Below, one piece after another: positions 50,056 through 63,583 of a DNA stretch of 64,000 nt. Position 1 is the stretch's first letter. Each line of letters opens with the position of its first letter. The stretch covers positions 297,104,001 to 297,168,000 of the forward strand of contig OZ024741.1 in the NCBI GenBank assembly GCA_964016885.1, written 5' to 3'. The notes under the pieces were generated by a model. It saw nothing but the letters and a program-made list of their open reading frames with translations, made no database searches and was not told the DNA's origin. Origin of the DNA: Eledone cirrhosa (Eukaryota). A program made the position numbers and the translations under genes.

Positions 50056-50854
50056 AGACTATGTTGAAAAACCTCATTTGGTCACCCTATGGGAGTATTG
50101 GGGGGGGGGGGGGGTAAATCTAAATCATCATCATCATCATTACTGTTTAACGTCCATTTTACCATGCTGGCATGGTTAGATGAATTATCCTGTTGTGAGC
50201 AATGTTAGGTCGGGTGGCCATGTCATGCTCATACGAAACCAATTTGGGCTTGGTTTCTACAGCTGGATGCCCTTCCTATCGCCAACCTCATTTACAGTGG
50301 GTATTGGGTGTTTTTTGTCGTGACGCCTACACGACCACTTTACTGTGTGGACTGGGTGCTTTTTGTCGTGACACCTACACGACCAGTTTACAGTGTGGAC
50401 TGGGTGCTTTTGTCGTGTCGCCATCACAACCACTTTACACTGTGGGCTGGGCGTTTTTTACCGCACACGACCACTTTAAAGTGTGGGCTGGAGGCTTCAC
50501 TGGATGTATGCTTCATATGAATATGTGTGCGTGTGTATGTCATCATTGCCTTTTAACCTCTATTTTCCAGGTTTGCATGGGTTAGACGGGTTGTCACGGA
50601 TTGAGGCCCAACTGGTCACATTCTGCTCGTTTTGGAATTGGTTTCTGCGGTAGGCAGCCCTTCCTAATGTCAACCACTTTACAGCACGTGCTGGGAGCAT
50701 TTTATCTTGACTCTGGCTCTATCACCTTACCGGGTGAACTGTGTACTTTTTGTCGTGGTACCAGTACTAACTATATATATATATAGGATCTAGCTGTCGA
50801 AACGGCTGGAGCTCAGCCGTCGGTGTCCTGACATTTTATATATATATATATATA

Positions 50855-51412
50855 TGTAGCGAAATCTGTCCACGCCGTGAACTTTGGATGACACCTAAAA
50901 GTCAAACTCTAGGTCACCACCCTTTTGGTGTGAACAGGTTCATGCGTGGGCTATCTCCTCAAGGTGGGAGACAGAAAGCGACAGGTATATAAAGCCTGTA
51001 TCATCCCACGTTTAAACAGAGAGATTGGAGCATTACGCCTACAACAAGCTATGTAAAGATTCACCGTTACTTTCAGGCCCCAGTGGTTTACAGTCAATTA
51101 CAGACCATTACTACCTCTCTCTCCTGGTTGCAGACTAAACCAGACTCACGACGAGAACTACTACCACGGACTGCATCCACCAACAAACTTTATCTGATCG
51201 CTCGCTGTTTTCACATCAACAAAATAACATTGTCAACCTTCGCAACTCGTGGTAACTTGATTATTGTTCTTTTTGACTCATGTTTATTCTTCTTTTTGAC
51301 TCAAGTGAAGTAAATCTTTATATATTAACTAAATCATTTATTCTTGTTATTTCATCTAATAATCTTGTTACCTCATCTAACAATAACTACTTCTTACTAA
51401 TATACCCTTCGT

Positions 51413-51416
<4 letters not shown>
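50855..51416 (+). mobile_element. LTR (family A), solo or orphan
   Basis: Runs TGTAGCGAA...TTCGTTAAA (degenerate terminal inverted repeat) with a TATA-like ggtatataaagc. Homologous to 54543-55163. Confidence 0.7.
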
Positions 51417-51454
<38 letters not shown>

Positions 51455-51874
51455 GGGTACAATTCCCGAGTTCCATTCCATGGACGAGTTCTCTCCAGCA
51501 GCCTCTGTTTTGGGAGGCTCCCGTACAGTTCTGAGTTCGTCATCCTCGGTGCATGCTGATTAATGTTCAGAGCCATCCTCAGCATCCTCGTATAGCACCC
51601 ATCTACCATCTGAGGAGTCTCTTGGTCTGTGTACAACAGCACAGACTCCACTGTAGCGACGAAGAGACAGCTCTTTAGGTCATTACGAAAGCCTGACTTC
51701 CACACCGACCTCAAAGGAAGGCTTTGCTCTTCCTTTCCACTGCATCAGCCTCCGTGTTCTTAATCTTTGCTCCGAGATACAGGAAGTCCTCAACCAGCTC
51801 TAGCGGCTTCCCGCCCACATCCATAATCTTCTTAGGTTCCTTGATGTTCTCTACCAGATACTTCGTCTTACTCT

Positions 51875-53880
51875 TTTAGAAGAAGTTTAAGAGGATAGTT
51901 AATAGGAGAGAGAGATATATAGATAGATTGATAAATATGTGTTGTTATGAATGTTAATATTTGCTTGTGTATTGTATCACAGAGAGTAACCGAAGCAGTC
52001 CAAGAGAATGTTGTGGCAAATATCATCATAAGGCATTACGACGTTTTTTTATATATAATTTATTTACAAAGATGAGAAGTTGAGTTAGCTGTGAGGACAT
52101 GTCATAAGAAATGAAATAAAACAAATTAAGATGTTGTAAAAGGAATACGCAGACCGGTGGCTGAAATTAGAAGCCACGGCGAGAATTCCGTTAGCTACAT
52201 TTTGGAAAGTTTGTTGAGCAAAATCAAGAGATGTTTACCTTCTGGTGTCGAGATGCAAGAGAGAAAGTTTCTCAAAAAGAAGCGGGAATGTAGGTCACTA
52301 CAATACCCCTTATTTAGCTTAGAAGGCGATATATAAGATTGAATTAGCAGGGAAAATGCTGAAAGAGAGCACATCAATGAAAAAATTGAAAAGAATGCAT
52401 GCAAGAAGAAAAGTGAGGCGCTAAGGGCCTTGTTGAGCTGCTGTGTCAAATGACTAGCTGTTTTGCTATTTATGCATGACCACCCGGGGTCTAACAGAAA
52501 ACGGATAAAGTCTGACATGGACAAAGTTGCTGTTCTTGCATTAAATGAAGAGCTGTGTAGCTGTTATGGTAAGTGTTGTACCAGAGCTGTGGATGAAGCT
52601 GTTATGGTAGTTTACCAGTAGCTGTTGTCAATGATGGTGCTGTTCATATTTTACCAGAGCTGTACAGTTGTTATGGCAGGAGATGATGGGCAGGCGAGGA
52701 ATTGTCGGTCTCCCAAATGAATTGCCGGAAGTGCTAGGCAGCCAGGGAAAAATGGCTAAATTTGCTTTGAAAGAAAGCAAGTTGAATCTGTAGATGGGTA
52801 GTAGTTGAAGCTGTAATACCGTAATTCTGGCGAGTCCGTCGAAGAAATGGTGGAAACTGCTGACAGGCCCAGTTCCATGAATGCTTTCCCAGTGAGTCGG
52901 GTAAAGTAACAAGATTGAGATTGTTATGCTATCGAAGCGAAGTCGCAGTAAATCTTCAGTAAATAATTGATGGTCAGAAGGTGTGGTGGTTGCGTCGGCA
53001 ATGCTATAAAGCTACTACATCGTTATTCCCTGTTGTTGGTTAGTGGTTAACCATGTGTTGCTGCTGCTGAGTTTGTAGATAGTTGATGGTAGCCATATTG
53101 AAAAACAAATTTACCTCGTGCTGTGACTTCTTAAAATACAGCTAAATTTTTTCTCAAATGTTTTCTTAGGCGGGTTCATTGAAGTTAAACCACGTGTTGC
53201 GCTGTTATCAACAAAAAAGGTTTTTACGTGGTGTTGATACAATACAAGAAAGCTTGCGTATTCTCTTTTTTAAAATACCACTTCTTTTTTTTTTTTTAGG
53301 GGAACATTTAGTTCCCGCGGCTGGGTCACCAATTTAGAAGAAGTTATTTAGTAGATAGTCAATAAGAGATGGATATATGTTGTGTTGAGAATGTATGTAT
53401 TGTATCACAGAGAGTAACCGAAGCAGTCCAAGGGAATGTTGTGGCAAATATTATCATAAGGCATTACGACGTTTTTTTATATATAATTTATTTACAAAGA
53501 TGAGAAGTTGAGTTAGCTGTGAGGACATGTCATAAGAAATGAAATAAAACAAATTAAGATGCTGTAATAAGAATACGCAGACCGGTGGCTGAAATTAGAA
53601 GCCACGGCGAGGAGAATTCCGTTAGCAACATTTTGGAAAGTTTGTTGAGCAAAATCAAGAGATGTTTACCTTCTGGTGTCGAGATGCAAGAGAGAAAGTT
53701 TCTCAAAAAGAAGCAGGAATTTTTCCCTGAGGGCGGAAGTTGAAATACATCTCCCTACGTTAGTAGCGATTGGCTGAACTGAGCTAAACAACGTACGGAG
53801 AATGTATTCAAGAGCCCCCAGAATGTAGGTCACTACAATACCCCCTATTTAGCCTAGAAGGCGATATATAAGATTGAATT
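51875..53880 (-). mobile_element. Non-autonomous LTR element (family B): 3' LTR 51875-53019, about 310 bp internal region, partial 5' LTR from 53333
   Basis: Direct repeats both begin tttagaagaagtt on +. On minus there is a PBS-like TGGTGACCC at 53331-53323 and a purine-rich agggaataacga before TGTAGTAG at 53019. Confidence 0.65.
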
Positions 53881-54542
53881 ATAAGATATATAAGTTTTTT
53901 TGTTTTTTTTACAGGTTATATATGAATGTCATTTTTATTTTTTTTTAATTCGTTTTACTGTATGAATAACATGTTTTGCATCAAACACACATCATTTTCT
54001 TTGCCACACCAACATGTTTTTTTTTATCTATGGTATATTCTGGATTCGGTTGGGTCTCTGCGGATCACTTTTCAACTGATCGAAGTTCGGCGACAGCTAT
54101 TAAACACATGATAATCAACCCACGGTTATTACTCGCTCGACTCACTGAGCACGCAACTCAAAATTGCACACACTCATGTCATAGCGTAAACCTCGACTCA
54201 CTGAAAGAGAATCTTACGTATGATGATACATCGAGAGAAATAGTCCTCTGTGTAATATATCGTAATCCGATACCGTAACCCCAACGTCCATCCATCCATA
54301 CACAACAGTTCGAAATTAATAATCACAACTTTGTATTTTTACAGTTTCTTCTAAATGTTACACACACACATGCATACACAGTTATACTATATTTTTTTCT
54401 CTCTCTCCAAATTTCTCTACACTCGAAGTGCGGGCGCAGTACCCACATTTTGTGTGTGTGGGGACACGCTTCTAGGAATCAGATTTCGCTACCCCTTTTA
54501 TAATCGATCGCTGCTCCTGCATCGATCTGGGTAGGGAACGAA

Positions 54543-55163
54543 TGTAGCGAAGTCTGTCCGCGCCTTGAACCTTGGGTGACACCTAAAGGTCAAATTCTAG
54601 GTCACCACCTTTTTGGTATGAACAGATTCATGCGTGGGCTATCCTCTCAAGGTGGGAGACAGGAAGCGACAGGTATATAAAGCCTGTATCATCCCACTTT
54701 AGGGAAAGACATCAGAGCACTACGATACACAACAAGCTATGTAAAGATTCACTGCTAGCTTCAGGCCCCAGGAGTCTACAGAAATACAGAGCGATCGGAG
54801 CCCTACTACAATAGACTCGCTATGTGAAAGATTCACCGCTATGTACAAGCCACAGTGGTCTACAATCAATTACAGACCATTACTCTCTCTCACTCACTAT
54901 GGTCTCAGACTCACGACGAGAACTACTATGACGACTGCAACAAACTTTAACCACCAACAAATTTTATCTGCTCGCTCGCTGTAATCACATCATCAACAAA
55001 ATAACATTGTCAACCTTCTCAACTCTTGGTAACTGTTTTATTGTATTTTTTTTATTGAAGTGAAGTAAACCATTATATATAAACTAAATCAGCCATTCTT
55101 GTTATTTCATCTAATAACCGTGTTAATCCATATAACTATTTTCTACTTATACTCTTCGTTAAA
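54543..55163 (+). mobile_element. LTR (family A), 3' LTR preceded by a PPT
   Basis: gggtagggaacgaa|TGTAGCGAAG ... CTTCGTTAAA. Confidence 0.7.
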
Positions 55164-55189
55164 AGGTCACGGAGAAGATGGAGTGGCAT

Positions 55190-57720
55190 CAGGTGATGAG
55201 GTATGATTTTGATATCATCCTGGAGTTCTGCAACCAGGCACCAAAGAAGGGTGTTGCCCCGGATCAGTGGAGGATCAGTATATATAGAGAAGGCCGCCAA
55301 TGCTAAATTCAATGAATTTGACATTAAAGGGGGTGTTCGCCTCCTCTCCTCTCTGTCAACCCTCGCCCAGTGCACTAAAGTCACTCAACCGACTGAGAGC
55401 AAAACATCCTCTGGCTCCTCCGGATGACCAGGTCACATGCAGCCTGGTTTCACCCCAGCTATCGTCAGGAAAGCGATAATATCCTTTCCGGTGGGTTCTG
55501 GTGCTAGGATTGATGGTCTTCGACCTCAGCATCTCAAGGATGGTGTCTCCTTGTAGGCCGGAGATGCTGGTCTTGAGCTCTTAGAGAACCTCACCCATTT
55601 TACCAACCTGTTCTCGTCCGAGAATGTCCTCTCTTATATCCACCCAATGTTCTTTGGAACTAAACGGTGACCTCCGCCCCATAGCAGTTGGGTGCACTCT
55701 GCGACGGCTCACCGCGAAGATATGTCTGTCTTCGATTTCAGACAGCTTGTCCGCTGAATTTTCCCCTATTCAGCTAGGGGTGGGTACAAAGCTGGATTGT
55801 GAGGCTCCCGCTCATCCCACCAGAGCATTTACCAACTTGCCTTCCGAAACCACCAAGATCATTCTCAAGTTGGATCTCAGGAATGCTTTTAATTCCATCA
55901 GTTGGGATGTCATCCTCCGTTCAGTTAAGGAGGAGACCCCGCAACTTTACCACTTTGCTTGGCAAGCCTACTAGGAGCCCTCCTACATCACCTTCGGTAA
56001 CCATCTCCTTCTATCTGCTACAGGGGTCCAACAGGGTGAACCGCTCGGACCTGCACTTTTCGCTCTAGGCATTGATGACGTCACCAACTTAGGAGCTGAC
56101 CTGGATCTGAATGTCTGGTATCTGGATGACGCTTGCTTGAGGGGTCCTCAAGACAAGGTCCTTGCAACTGCGAAGACAATGACCAAGGAGTTGGGCCCTA
56201 AGAGCCTTCACATCAACAGCTCCAAATGCGAACTCTGGCTCCTCAACCATCCAACTTCACATCAAGAGACTATTGACCTGTTCATAGAATCTTTCCCCTC
56301 CATCGAGGTTCCTTCTCCATCGGTGTGATGCTCCCTTAGGGCCCCAGTTACTGACCAAGCCTTCAAGTCCATCTTTCAATTTAAGTTGGCTAACCTCAGG
56401 CAACTCTTAAAAAACCTCGAAGTCATTGAGCCTCACTAAGGTTTTTTTCATTCTCCGGAATTATCTGTCAATCCCTAAGTTGTATTTCCTTAGAGTTAGT
56501 CCCTCTTACAAATTCTCGTCGTCTCTCCAACGCTTCGACGATCTAATATTCAGTGAGCTTAAGGGTTTGGTCAATGTCCGACTCTCTCCAAATCCCGCGA
56601 CCAAGCTGCCTTACCCTAACGGTTTGGAGGTTCGGTTTGCATAAGTGTACTTCATTGTCCCTTCCTTGCTTTCTTTCCTCCATCTACGCCTGCTCCCCTT
56701 TGGTAGATGACATCCTCTCCTTCCCAACTTGGAACTTGGACTAGTTCCACCAGGGAGTTGGATGAAGCTTTACTACAGTGGAGAGAGCTGGGTCTGTCAG
56801 TCCCGGTTACTGATGACGATAGATGGAAGCAGAGAGTATGGGACAATCTGTGTTCGAGGGAAACTTTCAACTCGCTCTTTGATCTTTCCGATCAATTTTC
56901 TAGGTGCCACTTACTTTCGGATAGCGCAAAATGGCCAACATTGGTGGCCTTCTCAGTCAGGACGAACTCCGTATCTCCATTGCACTTCGTGTGGGAGCCG
57001 ACGTCTGTTGGGGTCTGAGATGCCGCAGTGGTAGATCCCTCGACTCCACAGGTTTATATGGTATGTCCAGCCGCCTGAATGCTGGTCGTTTTGCCCGTCA
57101 CACCGAGATGAACCTGATCATCAAACGGGCCCTGGATCGGGTTAATATCTCCATAGTTCTGGAGCCGGCTGCTTTATCCAGAAGTGATGGGAAGAGACCA
57201 GACGGTTTTACCCTTTGTCCCTGGGTGAGAAGTAGATGTCTCAGCTGGGACGTCACAGTCTGTGACTCTTTTGCTGCCTCCCACATCATGGACGCCGCGG
57301 TGAATGCGGGGATCACTGCTTCCGCTGTCGAACGGAATAAAATTCGGAAACCAGGACTTATCAAACAATTATTTTTTCCAGCCTGTGGCGTTTGAGACGT
57401 TCGGTGGAGTTGGGCTGCTGACAACGAAGTTCTTGTCTTCACTGGCAATCGCCTTTTTGAGGTGTCCGGTGATGCCCGTGAGGGTGCTTGGTTATTTCAG
57501 CGCCTGAGCCTCGCCATCACCCGTGGTAATGCTGCGAGCGTGTTGGCTTGAAAGTGTTGGCCTGAAAGTGTACATTAACCCCCCAAGGTGTGAGATGTTG
57601 TCGATTATCGCACTTGGTGGTGAATTGCCCCTCCCCTTTTTTGTTCTTTTTACTTCTTTTTTCTTTCCTGTATCCTTTTTGTTCGTGATTTTATATTTTT
57701 GTCATTATACACGGTTTTAA
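55190..57720 (+). mobile_element. Decayed CRE-clade non-LTR retrotransposon (RT plus restriction-like endonuclease)
   Basis: DGLRPQHLKD, LRPIAVGCTLRRL, KLDLRNAFNS, GVQQGEPLGP, WYLDD, RSDGKRPDG..PW..WDVT, PVAFETFG and FQRLSLAITRGNAASV; many stops. Confidence 0.85.
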
Positions 57721-58626
57721 TGAAATATAATATAATATTATATATATATACACACACACATATATATATATATTTAGTACGAGTGAGAAAGGGTCAAGGC
57801 TCCTGGAATTCTGCAATGCCAATGATCTGCTTATCTGCAACATAAACTTCAGAAAACCAGCGATACCTATGAATCGGGCGAGCACCTTGGCTAAATAGTT
57901 TTTTCTACTCACCTGAAGTAGCGATAAACAGGCGATTCCTGGTGAGGAATATACCTCCCACCATAATCTAGTAGTTACAGACGGTTCCTGGTGGGTAATG
58001 ACCAAAAGAATACAATCGCCAATACAAGCGGCCAAATTGGGGTTCCACTGAAGGGTTTCTGAAGTATCGTTACTCGAAGAGATACGTGGCTCGGCGATCA
58101 GGGAGTCACTCCAAGAAGAGCTGCTACTTCTCCGAATTGAGAGATCTCAGGTAGGATAGGCATGTGGTTAGAATGTCTCAGGAAAGAATCGCTGGACCGA
58201 TTTTACGGGACAGGAGACCTAGATGGTTGGGTAACATCCATCCATAAATTCGGTTGATCTCACTTGGGGATCCAGTCGAATCATTTGGAAACGGTTGCTT
58301 CTGATAGGGCCCTATGGAAGGCATGTCTGATTACTCTGCTCTCACAAACCTCCCAGGAATAAGTGGGTGAATAATAAAAATATATATAATAACGTGAGGT
58401 TCGTGGAGTTTTAAAGGTTTTTGGTTTATTAGATGTATATTTCAGTATTCTTAGGTGTGTGTGTGTATTTATGGTTAAATTAAGAGATCAAACGGTCACC
58501 TCGCTTATCTGCGAGCCCAAATTCTACGTATACCCAATACTTAAACATATTTCCTTAACTGTAAAGAAGAGAAATTTAATTAACTTCCATGTTTCGTCGT
58601 AACGAAGTCATGTGAATGGCTATTCT

Positions 58627-58633
58627 CTTCCGG
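58627..58633 (+). promoter_or_regulatory. ETS-type motif CTTCCGG at the probable MYG1 promoter
   Basis: Lies about 60 nt upstream of the first in-frame ATG of MYG1. Confidence 0.4.
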
Positions 58634-58687
58634 TGTATCTTTTTCTCATGTCCCCTTTTCTTCAGTATGTAACCCGCATATTATTAA

Positions 58688-58788
58688 ATGCAATCGTTAG
58701 TTATTGTGTTCTCCTTGCCGGCATCGTATTGCTTTCTCAGAAGATATTCCTCTTTTAATATGAGCAATCGCCCACATTTGAAACGAAG
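58688..58788 (+). CDS. MYG1: MYG1 exon 1 (N-terminal extension)
   Basis: MQSLVIVFSLPASYCFLRRYSSFNMSNRPHLKR, donor ag|gtatgt. Phase 2 joins exon 2 in frame. Confidence 0.7.
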
Positions 58789-59765
58789 GTATGTATCTGC
58801 GTAAACAGGTGTGTAAATTTCAGTCTGTTCTGAGTTTTCTGTCAGAAAAGGTTGTTTTTTTTCATAACCGTACTAAATAAAGAAACCACGAGGTCAGGAA
58901 AAGGCAGAAATATCCATTGTTATATTTATCTATTCTTTTGGTGCACAGCTCTAATTCGAGTAGACACGATAAAACAAACATTCGAATACCGTAGAAACTT
59001 ATAGATTCATAATACTAATAAATAGCGATTCATTATATGTATTATATATATATATAATAAATAAGAAAGACGGTTTTATTCGTACATATTCATTTAATTA
59101 CATCATTCTATAAAAACCGTCTCTCTTATTTATTATATTGAGACTTACCGAGAAGGAATACAAATCGTTGAGTGTTTTACTTCTGTTAACGAAAAAGTCG
59201 GCGGATAATATGATCAACCAACTTTCATCAACTGAATAATATATATATACAGGAAACACTTTTTTATAGCATACGAAAGGTTTAACGAAATAAATTTTTA
59301 TGTGCGCATACATTAAATTAGTGGTAACCCCCCCCCCCCCCCCAAAAAAAACCCATCAATAACGCCGAAGGCGGTAAGAGTGGAGCTTTATTGACTTCGT
59401 ACGGTTTAACCACGATAAGTAGTGTAAACTCAGGAAAACCTACTTAATTTTTGCCTATTGTAAGTTTTCGAAATAATTATTTTGGCTAAATTACTAATGT
59501 GTAATAAGTTTAACGTCGTGCATAGGTTAGACGTCTTGTCTCATACTGAAGCCAGAGTGTTCAAGTGTATTGCTCGTATGCTCTGTTTTCGGGAAGGTGG
59601 GTACGACTGGATGCCCTTCCTAATACCAACCACTTTACAGCTTGTATTGGAAGCATTTTATGGTAAAGCTGGCAATATTACCTTACAGGTTGGACTGGGT
59701 GCTTTATATATATACATACACACACACAAGTAATCGCGGTCTGGATTTACATCTCTCTCTCTCTG

Positions 59766-59820
<55 letters not shown>

Positions 59821-60400
59821 ATAATGCATTAAGATGCTAGAAATAAGTTTTTACGATGTAAAAACTAATGTCTAGCATCTTAATTTGTTTCTTATGCTCT
59901 GTGTTAAGATTACAACATTTCTTCTAACATTTAAACGTCTACTCACTATATGTATCTACATATAAAAAAAAAAGAGAATTTTATTTCTTGCTCTAGCACA
60001 GCTGATACATACATACTTTAAAAAAACAGATTGAGCTTAAATTTTCTCAATCGCAATTTCTTTTCAAGTAACTACATCTTTTCTTATATATTATTATTCA
60101 GAATATATATGAGAGAATATATACACATTTGTGTATATGTCTGTATAAATCTACAGATTCCTGTGTGTCTACATATTTGATATAACCTTATATTTACTTC
60201 TTACTTGTGTTATACACACATACACATATATATATATATACACACACATATATATATATACTTTCCTAGTAATTTCTTACGATTGAAACAGTTCTAGTCC
60301 TGTAGAAGTCATTTCTATAATAAATATGCCTATCCTCTGCTAATGTATTGTGTACCTTTTTAAACTATGGTCATCTCCCGATACCTATCAGGAAGCCACC

Positions 60401-60437
<37 letters not shown>

Positions 60438-61439
60438 AAGCAGGTACAACACTGTGGAAATATTGGCAAGAGGTGTATTCTTGATACGTAGACATCGAAA
60501 AGGCATATGACTTCCGTAGGACCTGCTGTGGAAGGTTCTGCAGGAGTATGGGATCGATGGTTAACTTGTTGCCCTGATGTCTCTATACCAATGCCCATGT
60601 ATTTGTTTTTGGCTAAATAGTGCTAAGTTGAAACCATTCAATGTAGCTGTTGGACTCTGCCAAGGATGTTTACTTCACTTCTGTTCATAATATTCATGGA
60701 CAAGATTGACATGCACAGCTGGGTTGGAAGGGGTATTGAGACCAGATGTGGGAACATATGTTAGCAAGATGTAAACCCTTGACCCGTCTAGATGTACAAC
60801 TAAAGATTAACCAATACTGTGTGAATGAGTATCTAAATATATAAGTATATATGCCTTTACAACAATCAATTTTTAATAAAGCTAAAAGCAGTTCTCTCAA
60901 ACTGTATGGACACATCAAATGCTTAACTTGGAGTCTCTCTAACATTTAAAGGGTATTCTAGATAGAGAAAGAAAAGTCACCCTAATTGTAGATCATCATC
61001 ATCATCATCATCATCAACGTTTAACGTCCGTGTTCCACGCTTGCATGGGTTTGGACGGGGGTAGTCCCACTTGAGGCAAGAGTGATTGTCTTGCTCGCAT
61101 AGGACTGTCTGGCAGGTTTTCTACAGTTGGATGCCCTTCCTAACACCAACCACATTTACAGTGTGGGTCTGGGAGGTTTTTACCGTGTTGCCTACACGGC
61201 CACATTACAGCGTGGACTGTGTTTTTTTGTCGTGACACCTACACGATCTCATTTGTTTCGGCCTGGATGTAGAAACTAAATCCTAAAAGAGTTTCAATGT
61301 CAATCATAGGCAGAACTCAATACAGTGACAGGAATCAATGGAGGAAATATGTTCTCTGTTGTAAGGGGGAATAATTATTAAAAAGAAAAATTATTTGTTT
61401 ACATTATAATGAAATTATGATTACTGAATTACATTGTAG

Positions 61440-61595
61440 CCACCCTGACAACTCAGCTGAAAAATCAGACACTTTGAAAAGATCTGCCATGGTCAAGAAA
61501 ATTGGAACTCATAATGGTACATTCCACTGCGATGAAGCATTAGCCTGTTTCCTACTCAGATTACTTCCGGAATATAAAGATTCCAATATCATAAG
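61440..61595 (+). CDS. MYG1: MYG1 exon 2
   Basis: [34 protein letters not shown], a hallmark MYG1/UPF0160 motif; tgtag and gtaaat boundaries. Confidence 0.96.
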
Positions 61596-62056
61596 GTAAA
61601 TACGAATTCTTATTTTTAATTCTTAACGTCCTATACCGAATTATGAACACATTCTTGATAATGATAAAATATTAAAACTGCTTCACATTAAAGAGTGTAA
61701 AGGTTTTACACTAATACTACAAATTTTCACTGAATTAACAAACCTGTTTTTAGATGTCTTCTGTTAAATCATTACCAAATGTTCAGAGTTAATATTTATG
61801 TATTTTCATCTTCCTGCAAGAGAAGTTTTTGTCTTGGATCTGACAAATTCATTTTATTCAATTTACCTCAGTTTATCTTGTTGTCTAAGGTGACAAATAG
61901 GCAGAGTTGTTAGAACGTCAAATAGATTGCTATGCGGTAGTTGTTTCAGCTCTCTGTTTTCTGAGTCAACTGAAGTTAATTTTGCCTTTCATCTTTTTTA
62001 GGTTGATAAAAAAAAGTACCAATCTAGTACTGTGGTTGATTCTTCTTCTATATCAC

Positions 62057-62088
<32 letters not shown>

Positions 62089-62751
62089 ATCCTTCTCTAG
62101 AAGAAATCTGCTGTATTCAGACCTGGGGATGGATGGTCTCTGCTGGGCTTCAAATGCCCAAGAAATGCTGTATGTCAATATGGCGCCCCTATGATTTCAA
62201 CAGGAGTTACAGGACCATCTCATCACATCTTGGTGTCTAAAGTATTGTGTGTGTTAGACCTTTGTCAGTTCCGATGACAAATGTCTCAGTTGATTTGATG
62301 AATGGAACAGCCTGCTTACGGAATTAACATGCAAGCGGTTGAGTATTCCAGACATGGGTACCCATAACGTAGGTCTCAATAAGATTCAGCATGACACACT
62401 GTGTGATAAGGCTAGCCCTTTGAATTACAGGTACAGACCATTTTGTATTATAGTGTAAGTGAGTGAGCATCCAACAGACATGTGTACCTTAACATAGTTC
62501 TGAAGGAAATTCAGTCTGACTTAGTGTGTGATAAGGCTGGTCCTTTGAATTACAGGTACGACTCATTTTTTCCAGCTGAATAAACTGGAGCAATGTGAAA
62601 TCACATATCTTGCTCAAGGACACAGTGTGCCACCGGAAATTGAAATCATGACCTTGCAATAAGGAGTCAAAAACCCTAACCACTAAGTCACATGTCTTCT
62701 GTAACTCTGCTTTAAATACATGAATATTGATTGGTTTATTTTATATTGCAG

Positions 62752-62847
62752 AACCCGTGATCCTGAAAAGTTATCTACTTGTGACATTGTTGTAGATGTT
62801 GGTGGTGTATATGACCCTTCTATTTACAGATTTGATCATCATCAACG
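62752..62847 (+). CDS. MYG1: MYG1 exon 3
   Basis: [32 protein letters not shown] (DHH motif); 96 nt. Confidence 0.96.
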
Positions 62848-63583
62848 GTTAGAAACTTTCTGTAAATTTATTTTATTAATTTCCCTCTACAAACATTTAA
62901 TCAATATAACTTTTACTTAAATTGTTTTATTTTTCCTATCACTGTACAAAAGAACAAAGTTTCAGGCCATTTCCTCCACTAAAGCAGGGGTTAGCCTTGT
63001 GGGCCCCTCATGAAAGACTTTATTTGGTCGCAGGTTCCTTTTTAAAGCAATGAGTTACAACCGAAAGTGTTTATATTTATCTAAAGCCTTTCCATTGTAA
63101 TTTTATGTAATAATCTTTGTTACACTATACTCCAAACACTAGATTAATAATGACAATACTTAGTTTATTAAATCCCTCTAAATTCTTGATTATTTTCAAA
63201 ATTATTTGAAAATTATAAGCAGTGTCTTTCATTAGAAAGATGATCAAACTGATCAAATGCGATTATCCTTGCTGTTAGAGATAGGGTTTGATAGATCTAT
63301 AAAAATACATCCATCCTAACTTTACCTCTTAATAATTATAGATATGTGACATCATCATTTATAAATGCGACGTCTCAGCTAATATGTTATCTTATATGAT
63401 TCAACTGAAACTTTTTGTGTATCCTGTTTAGTATAAACACATCATATACTTGCCTGTTGTAAGAGGTGATTAAATCAGTTGGTGCCAAGAAGGGCACTTA
63501 GCTGTAAAACCATACCTCAAAGAAGGACTCCATAATGTGTATGAAATTTTCATCTTTATAAATTAAATTGTCTGAAAAAATTA

